Part shown: positions 36,715-44,740 of the stretch, one piece after another
Layout: each line of letters opens with the position of its first letter
Numbering within the stretch: position 1 is the stretch's first letter
Position numbers and translations under genes: made by a program
Notes under the pieces: model-generated
Seen by the model: only the letters and a program-made list of their open reading frames with translations
Database searches by the model: none
What the model was told of the DNA's origin: nothing
Assembly: GCA_018714785.1 (NCBI GenBank)
Contig: DVMV01000010.1
Location: forward strand, 6,648-70,647
DNA length: 64,000 nucleotides
DNA from: Candidatus Alloenteromonas pullicola
Lineage (GTDB): Bacteria; Bacillota_I; Bacilli_A; RFN20; CAG-826
Reading direction: 5' to 3'

Positions 36715-39348
36715 TTATGAATTGTAGGCGGTCATGCCATAGGCGGCAATTTCGCCCGAGATGGTGATTAAGACCGATTTGGTGATGACGCCGTTGCCCA
36801 TTCCGATCTTCCCGAGGTCGACGGAGTAGACCAAGGAGAAGTAGAGCATGAAGTACTTAACGGCTCCCTGATCCTTATGGTACATGTCGATGTACTGCTG
36901 GAGGGTGGCCTTCGGGACGGTGATGTCGAAGTAGCCGTTCAGGTTCTGGACCGGGGTGAAGTCGCCGGTCATGTAGTATCCCGATTGCGGGGTGGCGGTG
37001 TTGCCGAGCATGACGGCCATGTCGGCGACCGAGAAGGTCAATAGCGACAAGCCCTGATCATCGGTGGCGTTGGCCGGGAAGGTAGCCCGGAAGACGACGT
37101 TGTCGCCCGAATCGATGAGCTGCTGGTTATCGGCGACTGGGCTGGTGACGCCCTCGTCGATGATGGACCATCCCTGCGAGGCGCTCCAGAGGGCATCGTA
37201 GGAGAACTTGTATCCCTTGTAGACGGCCGGGTTGGTCTGGTTGACCTCGTCGGTCGGCTCGCCCCAGTTGAGGCAGAAGCCCTGGTTGATGGCGGTGGTC
37301 GACGAGCAGGTGTTCATGAAGTCGAGCGGGTTGAGCACGACGCCGGAGACGGCGCCCTCGGCGAAGTCGAACTCGCCGTGGTCCATCTTGGTGTAGGTGT
37401 CGTTGTAGGTGCTGCCGCCGATCTTAAGCTTGATGTCGATCCTGAGGTTGTTGCCGGCGTTGGCGGCATTGAACGCATCCTCGACGTAGGACTCGATGTA
37501 GGATCCGATGTTGTCGATGGTGGTCTGGTAGCGGAAGATGCCGATGATCTCGATGGTATCGCCGGGCATGTAGTAGCCATTGCTGATCATCTCATCGCCA
37601 GCGGCCTTGAAGTAGCTCTCAGCTAGCTCACGGGAGTAGCAGGCGGTGTTGCCGGCGGCGTATTGACGCGGCCAGAGGACGGCTTGGCCCCACTTCGAGG
37701 CGCGCCAGGATTCCTTGCCGGCCGGATCGATCATGTAGGCGTTGGAGAGGTATCCGACGGCCGGGTTCTTACCGGCTAGGTCGGCGAGCTCCTGCCTGTT
37801 CATGGCGAAGAAGAACCCGTTGAGGAAGTTCTTGTTGCTCATGATGGGCTTGACGTCCCAGTAGTCGTTCTTGCCGTGCTTGTAGATGGTGCCGTTCTCG
37901 CCGAAGTATTCGATCCACTGCTCTTCGGTGGTGGAGTTGAGGTTGAGCTTGATGATGGTCGAGCCCTCGGTGCGGAGGACGTTCGGATCGTTGCGGTGGG
38001 CCTTCAGCTGGCTGACCGGGATCGAGACCTCGTCGAGCTCGTTGTTGAGGAAGGCGTTGTAGGCCAGGACATCGGCGTTCTCGCCGCTGAAGATGACCTC
38101 GGTGTAGCCATCATAGTGGTACTGATCGGCCTCGTAGTAGTCGTCGACCGATTCGTAGACGATCTTCTGCTGGTCTTCCCAGTAGGTCGGGACGTAGGCC
38201 CCGAGGACGAGGATGTTGTCGAAGCAGTTTCGCGGGTCGGAGCCGGAGCGGGTGCCGAAGTTCTTGGCGCCGGCGTTGAAGCTCCCGCCGCCGATATCTT
38301 CAAGGAACTCGGCCGGAACCGGGGAGTAGAGCCCGGAGGATAGCGCAGTGCGGGCATAGCTCGTGGACTGCGGCTGGATGAAGGCGAAGTCGATGGACTG
38401 CTCGGCCTCGTTGACCTGGATCCCGACGCCGGAATCCTTCCAAGCGCCCTGCTGGGCCTGGGTGTCATAGACGTACTCCATGGCGCCCTGGAAGCCGGAG
38501 GTGTCGGAGACTAGGTCGGCGTAGCGGAGGAGCCTGGCGTTGAGCATAGCCTTGAACGGGGTGAGGTAATCATCTAGCTGGACCTGGCGGCCATCGTATT
38601 TCTGACGGAGGGTGGCCGAAGCGGTCGGAGCCATGTGGTAGGTATAGCCTTCGCCGGTGTGGACCTTGACGCGCCAGAACTGGCTGGTCTGGTCCTCGGA
38701 CGGGTTTTCTATGACCTGGCCATTGGCATCGAGCATGATCGGCTCATCGGTCATCGAGAGCGACCCGACCCAATAGTAGTCGGAGTGGTCGGCGTTGGCC
38801 TTGACCCCGAAGTAGCTCGAGGAGATCATCGACATGCGGTCGGAGACGTCGGAGCCGTTGGAATCCCAAGCATTGAAGGTGCCCGAGTCGACGGTGGTGT
38901 AGCCATGGAAATAGGACTTCCACTCCTCAACCGACTCGTTGATAGGCCCATTGTACATGGTCCCAGTGGGATCGATTTTCCCATAGGGGGTGCCGAAGCC
39001 ATAGTTGGTCAGATACTTGGTCGAGGGCAAAGTGACGCGGGCAGAGAATTGCTCATAGCTGGCATCGTCGTATAGCGGGATGCCGGCAGTGAAGTTGTCC
39101 AAAGCATACTTCTCCAGCGAGTAAAGAACCTCAGCCTTGTCCTCATACGAATCCTGGGAGTAATCCAAGGTGCCGGAAGCCAAGCCCTGATCGGTCCAGT
39201 CCGGGGTCCAAGGGGACTCATCGGGAACGGTGCCGGAACCTCCGCCACCAGTGTTGCTTGATCCGGTATTTGAGGAAGTTGTAGGTTTGCAGCTTGCCAG
39301 TCCGAGCGTCACGCCCAGCAAGGCTGCTAGCATTAATGATTTCTTCAT
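36715..39348 (-). CDS. oppA: Large substrate-binding lipoprotein of the Opp operon (OppA-like)
   Basis: 877 aa. Signal peptide plus lipobox MKKSLMLAALLGVTLGLASC, followed by a Ser/Thr/Gly tether. First gene of the oppBCDF cluster. The family-5 SBP assignment rests on context and size, not a verified motif. Confidence 0.65.
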   Translation of the reverse strand: MKKSLMLAALLGVTLGLASCKPTTSSNTGSSNTGGGGSGTVPDESPWTPDWTDQGLASGTLDYSQDSYEDKAEVLYSLEKYALDNFTAGIPLYDDASYEQFSARVTLPSTKYLTNYGFGTPYGKIDPTGTMYNGPINESVEEWKSYFHGYTTVDSGTFNAWDSNGSDVSDRMSMISSSYFGVKANADHSDYYWVGSLSMTDEPIMLDANGQVIENPSEDQTSQFWRVKVHTGEGYTYHMAPTASATLRQKYDGRQVQLDDYLTPFKAMLNARLLRYADLVSDTSGFQGAMEYVYDTQAQQGAWKDSGVGIQVNEAEQSIDFAFIQPQSTSYARTALSSGLYSPVPAEFLEDIGGGSFNAGAKNFGTRSGSDPRNCFDNILVLGAYVPTYWEDQQKIVYESVDDYYEADQYHYDGYTEVIFSGENADVLAYNAFLNNELDEVSIPVSQLKAHRNDPNVLRTEGSTIIKLNLNSTTEEQWIEYFGENGTIYKHGKNDYWDVKPIMSNKNFLNGFFFAMNRQELADLAGKNPAVGYLSNAYMIDPAGKESWRASKWGQAVLWPRQYAAGNTACYSRELAESYFKAAGDEMISNGYYMPGDTIEIIGIFRYQTTIDNIGSYIESYVEDAFNAANAGNNLRIDIKLKIGGSTYNDTYTKMDHGEFDFAEGAVSGVVLNPLDFMNTCSSTTAINQGFCLNWGEPTDEVNQTNPAVYKGYKFSYDALWSASQGWSIIDEGVTSPVADNQQLIDSGDNVVFRATFPANATDDQGLSLLTFSVADMAVMLGNTATPQSGYYMTGDFTPVQNLNGYFDITVPKATLQQYIDMYHKDQGAVKYFMLYFSLVYSVDLGKIGMGNGVITKSVLITISGEIAAYGMTAYNS

Positions 39349-39466
39349 TTGTGCCTTTCCTTTCTTCTTTCATGCGCGCTGGCAGTACCCAAACGCGTAT
39401 GTAAAAGAAACCACACGGACAGAAATTTTCAACAATTTTTTTAAAATTAGCCGAACAATCGGCAGT

Positions 39467-39865
39467 CTAGGCGGCAATTTGAGACTGGAACGCGATCAAA
39501 AACCCTATGGCCAGCGCGATGTCGATCAGCCCCACTACCAGATAAGGCACCCATACCAGCTTGTTGGTCCGGCGTTTCTCGACTTTCTGGACATGGTAGT
39601 CGCCGGCGTCCTCATACCGCTTCTCCATCCCCTTGTGGCGGTAAGCCTCGAAAAAGCGCTGGAAGCTGTATCCGAACACATCGAATGTGCCGCTTCTGAC
39701 AACCAAAGTCATGAGGAAATAGGCGAGGATGCACGCCCCGGCGACGAAAAACCCGTCGCTGGCCTTGGCGTAGGCATCGGCGTTGTCCCGCAGGAAGAAC
39801 ATCAGGCAGAAAACCAGCGCCGACAAGGCTATGCAGACTATTGTTGGAATGAGGTAGCGCTTCAT
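39467..39865 (-). CDS. Small membrane protein (DUF3899-like)
   Basis: 132 aa from the ATG at 39865 (MKRYLIPTIVCIALSALVFCLMFF...), with 3-4 TM segments. The tracked upstream extension lacks coding character. A -10-like TATCCT lies 8 nt upstream of the ATG. Confidence 0.5.
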   Translation of the reverse strand: MKRYLIPTIVCIALSALVFCLMFFLRDNADAYAKASDGFFVAGACILAYFLMTLVVRSGTFDVFGYSFQRFFEAYRHKGMEKRYEDAGDYHVQKVEKRRTNKLVWVPYLVVGLIDIALAIGFLIAFQSQIAA

Positions 39866-40015
39866 GACGCAATAGGATAAACCAACCCCGGTGTTTTGCA
39901 AACACGGCAATATATAAATAGGAAAGGAGGGGGATTTCGGTATTTCGGTAAGACTAGCTAAATCCGGACAGCAGGCCGGAAATTGCCGCGTTAGCCGCAT
40001 TAATAATTAAAGCGT

Positions 40016-40043
40016 TTGACTAATTTCGTTTTCCCCTTATATT
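40016..40043 (+). promoter_or_regulatory. Candidate promoter of the metalloprotease lipoprotein gene
   Basis: TTGACT (40016-40021), 16-nt spacer, TATATT (40038-40043). An AAGGAGA SD lies 8 nt before the ATG at 40074. Confidence 0.4.
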
Positions 40044-40073
40044 ACACACACGTGCAATAAGGAGAAGCATGTT

Positions 40074-42128
40074 ATGAAAAGCAAGAAAACCATAGCCGCT
40101 TGGGCCGTTGTCGGCCTAAGCCTGGTCGCCTTGGCCGCTTGCGGTCCGACTACCTCAGACTCCAGCTCCGGAACTCCCGGCGGATCCAATAGCGGCTCGA
40201 GCAGCATAAGCACCCCGTCCCAGACCACCCGCAGGATCGTCGTAACGCTTAAGACGTACACCATCCCCGAGGGGTCGACCTTCTTCGATGGCTGCCAGCC
40301 ATCCGTCGTTTACCAGAACGACGAAACCGGCGAGGAGCTGGAGGTTTACAACTACACCAACAAGACCAGGTACACCGTCACCAACAAGGAGACCAAGGAA
40401 ACTTACGAGGCCGGCGACTCGCTTCCTGCCGGAACCTACACCTGCGAAGTCCGCTACTCCCAAAACGGCTATCTCCGCTCGTCGGTCAACTTCACCGTGA
40501 CCGAAGCCACCCCCGAGGTCGCCGAGGAAGGGAAGGGATACACGACCTACAAGGTCTCTGACCTTTCCAAATACGAAATCCAGAACTTCGACGGCATCGA
40601 GACCCTCGGCGGCGGCGGAATGCCGGCGACCGGCGACGTCAAGATCCTCGTCATCCCCATCCAGTTCGAGAACGTAAAATTCGGCGATGACGCCCTGGTG
40701 AAGAGCGTCCTCAACGAGGCTTTCTTCGGCGAAAGCGAAGACACGCCGTGGGAATCGCTGCACTCCTACTACAAGAAGTCGAGCTACGGCAAGCTCAACA
40801 TCGGCGGCATCGTCGTCGACCCGATGACCTACCCGGTCGACGATAGGACCCTCGACGCATCCAACACCTCCTTCTCCACCACCGTCTGCACCTGGGCCGT
40901 CAACCAGCTCAAGGCCGCCGGGATGGATATGACCGAATATGACGCCGATGGCGATGGCTACATCGACGGCGTCGAGATAGTCTATGTCACCAGCCAGCAG
41001 ACCCCGGGCTCGACCGGCGACGTCAACACCGGCTCCAACGACCTGTGGTGGAACTTCACCACCAATACCTCGAGCGGGCCCAACAAGGCCTCGCCGACCG
41101 CCCACCGCCTCTTCTGGTCGCGCTGGGACTACGTCACCAACTCCTACTACGCCACCTCGACCGAGGGCATCGCCTATAACGGCAAGAAGGTCGACGCCCA
41201 CACCATCATCCACGAGACCGGCCACATGATGGGCGCCCCCGACTACTACTCCTACGATAGGAACGAGGGCCCGGCGGGCCAGGTCGACATGATGGACAAC
41301 AACGTCGGCGACCACAACGCCTACACCAAGATGATCTACAACTGGGTCGCCCCCAGGGTCATCGACGGCTCCTCGAAGAACTTCACCATCACCCTGAATT
41401 CCTTCGTCGACACCGGGGATTTCCTCCTCGTCAAGCCGACCTCCGACCCCTGGAACGAGACCCCTTACGACGAGTATCTCATCCTTCAGTACTACACCCC
41501 GACCGGAGTCAATGAGATGGATTCCACCGGCTATCCGGAATGGAACCAGCCCTCCACCGGCGGCAGCGGCAACGTCTATGGCCACGGCGGAACCTACGAG
41601 CATCCGGGCCTCCAGGTGTTCCACGTCGACACCAGGGTCGCGGCCGACTTCGGCGACCTCGACGACAAAGGCGCGATAATCAACAGCAGCGTCGTCAGGG
41701 AATACACCGACGACCCGCAGCCTGAGGCCACCTACGACAACGGGGCCAAGAAGTACCAAGGCGCCGCCCACCGCGTCCACGACAACACCCCGTCGCGTTC
41801 CACCGAGGCCGATGGATCCCCCACCGACATCCGCGAGCTGCAGGCCATCTTCCCCTCCGGCGTCAACTCGACCGACACCAACTCCTACTATTCCTCCTTC
41901 GGCGTCATGACCAACCTGTTCGGCCTCGACTCCTACCGCGAGACCGGCGATGACCTGACCACCGAGAGCTACTACGGCGGATCGACCTACTCCAACTACC
42001 GGCTGAGGGACTTCTTCCCCAACGACCTGGCTTGGAACGATGGCTCGACCTTCGACTGGACCTTCTCCGTGGTCGATCAGACCGACGATACCATCACCCT
42101 CCACTTCATCAACACCAGCCTAGACTAA
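40074..42128 (+). CDS. Surface lipoprotein with an M6 (immune-inhibitor-A-like) zinc metalloprotease domain
   Basis: 684 aa. Lipobox LVALAAC followed by an S/T/G tether. The zinc site HETGHMMGAPDYYSY matches the HExxHxxGxPDxY pattern of M6/InhA-type peptidases. Confidence 0.65.
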   Translation: MKSKKTIAAWAVVGLSLVALAACGPTTSDSSSGTPGGSNSGSSSISTPSQTTRRIVVTLKTYTIPEGSTFFDGCQPSVVYQNDETGEELEVYNYTNKTRYTVTNKETKETYEAGDSLPAGTYTCEVRYSQNGYLRSSVNFTVTEATPEVAEEGKGYTTYKVSDLSKYEIQNFDGIETLGGGGMPATGDVKILVIPIQFENVKFGDDALVKSVLNEAFFGESEDTPWESLHSYYKKSSYGKLNIGGIVVDPMTYPVDDRTLDASNTSFSTTVCTWAVNQLKAAGMDMTEYDADGDGYIDGVEIVYVTSQQTPGSTGDVNTGSNDLWWNFTTNTSSGPNKASPTAHRLFWSRWDYVTNSYYATSTEGIAYNGKKVDAHTIIHETGHMMGAPDYYSYDRNEGPAGQVDMMDNNVGDHNAYTKMIYNWVAPRVIDGSSKNFTITLNSFVDTGDFLLVKPTSDPWNETPYDEYLILQYYTPTGVNEMDSTGYPEWNQPSTGGSGNVYGHGGTYEHPGLQVFHVDTRVAADFGDLDDKGAIINSSVVREYTDDPQPEATYDNGAKKYQGAAHRVHDNTPSRSTEADGSPTDIRELQAIFPSGVNSTDTNSYYSSFGVMTNLFGLDSYRETGDDLTTESYYGGSTYSNYRLRDFFPNDLAWNDGSTFDWTFSVVDQTDDTITLHFINTSLD

Positions 42129-42134
42129 GCTCGA

Positions 42135-42160
42135 AGCCGGGACAAAACCCGGCTTTTTCT
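42135..42160 (+). terminator. Rho-independent terminator after the metalloprotease gene
   Basis: AGCCGGG-acaaaa-CCCGGCT followed by TTTTT. Confidence 0.6.
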
Positions 42161-42311
42161 TTAGCAAGAGCGACTATTACATATGTATATGTAAATAATC
42201 CTTGAAACTTTTGGTTTTGCATATATCCTAGATTGGCACAAATCCAGGAATAGGATTTGAGTGTATATGGCCCATTGATATCCAAGGGCCTTAGGAAAGG
42301 AAAAAGCAACA

Positions 42312-44429
42312 ATGAAGAGAACTCTTAAATTGCTCTCTGTCGCCGCTTTGCTCGGACTAGGCGTAACCGGCCTTGCCGCCTGCGGCGAAACATCTTCCAG
42401 CACGGTAACCGGCCCGTCCATCCAGGCGCCCGCCGAAGCCACCTCCGTCAATTATGGCGAGACGCTTCAGCTATCGGCCGTCGGATTCCAGGGAGCGGTC
42501 AGCTGGACCAGCTCCAACACCTCCATCGCGACCGTCTCGGCGGAAGGCCTAGTCACCGGCATCATCCCGGGCACCGTCAAGATCACCGCCATCGACGAGG
42601 CCGACAACCGCGCCGAGATCGAGATCTCCGTCGTCGACCCCGAGGCCACCACCTCCGGCACCGTCACCGTCGACTACGACAACCTCCCCACCGAGATATT
42701 GGTCGATAGCCAGATCGACATGGATCAGTACGCCCAGGTCAGCAAGGTCACCAACTGGTACCTGACCACCGAGGACACCGACATCGTCAAGATCGAAGGC
42801 CACACCATCATCGGCATCGCCCCGGGCAGCTATCTGGTCACCCTGCACGCCGGACGCACCGCCCGCGCCATCCAGGGAACCGTCATCACCGAAGGCAAGA
42901 TCGACTTCAACGAGGCCTTCGACGCGGTCGCCGACAACTTCATCGGCTACTCGCCGTTCTCCGGCATGTATGAGTTCGCCTCCAATTACTATGCGACCAT
43001 CTACTCGCAGAACCCCAACGGAAGCTACGTCTTCTCCGGCGGAATCAAGCAGGTGAGCGAAATCGAGGGCCAGCAAGTCGCCACTTGGCGCGCCTTCGAC
43101 GTCGACGTCACCGTCGCCACCACCGGCGATTCCTTCCTCAACCACGTCCCCGGAACCTTCGAGGTCAAGCCGGGTTACGGACGCTCCCGCGAGGCCGTCG
43201 CCGGAACCGCCCCCTCCGTCGAGGGCAGCGACTTCGTCGAGCTCTTCCACAAGGGCGCCAGCCTCGATGCCTACTATCTATCCGAGAGCAACGGCCGCGT
43301 CGCCGCGCTGATGAACTACTACGCCCCGGGCGCCTGGGAGAACATCGTCTACTACGTTGAGGCCAGCGGCTACACCGTCGATGGCGTCACCGCCGTCTAC
43401 AGCAAGGAAGGCAACTTCTTCGACTTCTACCCCTCGGTCAGCAACGGGACCTTCGTCAACACCATCAACGTCGGCGGTGATAAGATCGATGCCGTCGTCG
43501 AGATTTCCGACATCGGCAACGTCAAGATCGACGAGGCCGACGCCTGGGTCGCGAACCCGGTCGCCCCGGATCCGATCGACATCAGCCCGCTCGACAATTT
43601 CTTCGCCGGCATCGTGGAAAAGAAGACCTGGACCGAGCACGCCATCGGCCGCTGGTACAACACCCAGACCGATGAACAGGTCCCCACTCCTGAGGGCATG
43701 ACCTTCGTCGACACCCACCAGGACATCTGGAGCCAGTTCGAGATCACCAGGTACGGCAACGCCAACGCCACCTACACCCTCTACGAAGGGCTAAACGACA
43801 ACAACGCCTGGGGCGATTCCGACCCGAACATCGCCAACAACACCGCGGTCGGCTACTACGTCAAGGACAGCAGCCTCTACACCGTCACCGGGACCAACGA
43901 TCCTGAGACCAGCACCACCACCTGGAACAGCGACGATGCGCCGGTTCAGGGCATGAGCGGCATCAACGACATGTTCGACACCAGCCTCACCCCGTGCAAC
44001 GTCTTCACCGGAGCCGACCTGGAGCTCGGCGGCCAGAGCCTCGGCGCCACCATGCTCGAGCTGACCAGCTTCTACGACAAGAAGACCACCGATACCGGCA
44101 CCACCTACTACTTCAACCACAACGGTCCGGATACCGAGATCGGAACCTCGAACCCGGGCAGCGTCGGCACCTACTACTTCGGGCTCGCGATGGCCGATCC
44201 GATCATCGCCTTCTACACCGCCTACTACATGGTTGAGACCGGCTACATCTACGACTACGTAACCATGGGCTTCGACCTCACCACCGCCGCTGATGAGCTG
44301 ACCTACTGGATCGACTTCAACTACAGCGCCGCCATCCACTACGAGATCAGGATCACCCTCTCCGACGTCGGGACCGACAACGTCCCCCAGTCGCTGAAGG
44401 ACAAGACCGCTGCCACTCCCGCCGCGTAA
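42312..44429 (+). CDS. Surface lipoprotein with N-terminal bacterial Ig-like (Big_2-type) domain(s)
   Basis: 705 aa. Lipobox GVTGLAAC. Big_2-like segment SVNYGETLQLSAVGFQGAVSWTSSNTSIATVSAEGLVTGIIPGTVKITAIDEADNRAEIEISV. The rest is a Y/D/T-rich domain of unknown family. Confidence 0.7.
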   Translation: MKRTLKLLSVAALLGLGVTGLAACGETSSSTVTGPSIQAPAEATSVNYGETLQLSAVGFQGAVSWTSSNTSIATVSAEGLVTGIIPGTVKITAIDEADNRAEIEISVVDPEATTSGTVTVDYDNLPTEILVDSQIDMDQYAQVSKVTNWYLTTEDTDIVKIEGHTIIGIAPGSYLVTLHAGRTARAIQGTVITEGKIDFNEAFDAVADNFIGYSPFSGMYEFASNYYATIYSQNPNGSYVFSGGIKQVSEIEGQQVATWRAFDVDVTVATTGDSFLNHVPGTFEVKPGYGRSREAVAGTAPSVEGSDFVELFHKGASLDAYYLSESNGRVAALMNYYAPGAWENIVYYVEASGYTVDGVTAVYSKEGNFFDFYPSVSNGTFVNTINVGGDKIDAVVEISDIGNVKIDEADAWVANPVAPDPIDISPLDNFFAGIVEKKTWTEHAIGRWYNTQTDEQVPTPEGMTFVDTHQDIWSQFEITRYGNANATYTLYEGLNDNNAWGDSDPNIANNTAVGYYVKDSSLYTVTGTNDPETSTTTWNSDDAPVQGMSGINDMFDTSLTPCNVFTGADLELGGQSLGATMLELTSFYDKKTTDTGTTYYFNHNGPDTEIGTSNPGSVGTYYFGLAMADPIIAFYTAYYMVETGYIYDYVTMGFDLTTAADELTYWIDFNYSAAIHYEIRITLSDVGTDNVPQSLKDKTAATPAA

Positions 44430-44444
44430 TAGCATCGGGAAGAC

Positions 44445-44470
44445 GCCGCTCCGCAAGGGGCGGCTTTTTT
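44445..44470 (+). terminator. Rho-independent terminator (GNRA-loop hairpin) after the Big_2 lipoprotein gene
   Basis: GCCGCTCC-GCAA-GGGGCGGC followed by TTTTTT. Confidence 0.65.
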
Positions 44471-44695
44471 GTTTCTTTATGGCAGCAGGACGAATGTGCC
44501 AAAACCCCGCAAAAGCCCGATATGGGCTTCTTCCCATGCCAAGCGAAAATTATCCAACCGACGAGGAAAAAGCCCGCAGAGGCCCCCGATTCGCCTTGTT
44601 GAGGCCATTAGCCGATTCATTATCCAGGCAACCCGCGATGCGGCGCATGGGCCTCCATGCCATGCGGCCAAGGTTAGGCTAGGGCCACTTCGGCC

Positions 44696-44725
44696 AAAAA
44701 GAAAAGCCGCCCCTTGCGGAGCGGC
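44696..44725 (-). terminator. Rho-independent terminator after the 894-aa lipoprotein gene, with a hairpin identical to 44445-44464
   Basis: The minus strand reads GCCGCTCC-GCAA-GGGGCGGC followed by TTTTCTTTTT. Confidence 0.6.
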
Positions 44726-44740
44726 TTGGGCTAATTGCCT

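Noticed and set aside
40155-42104. 649-aa ORF on the minus strand covering almost the whole metalloprotease gene
   Set aside because: It is G/V/D/A/R-rich low-information sequence with no signal, motif or SD. This is the typical antisense open frame of a GC-rich gene. The plus-strand frame has the lipobox, the HExxH site and its own promoter and terminator.
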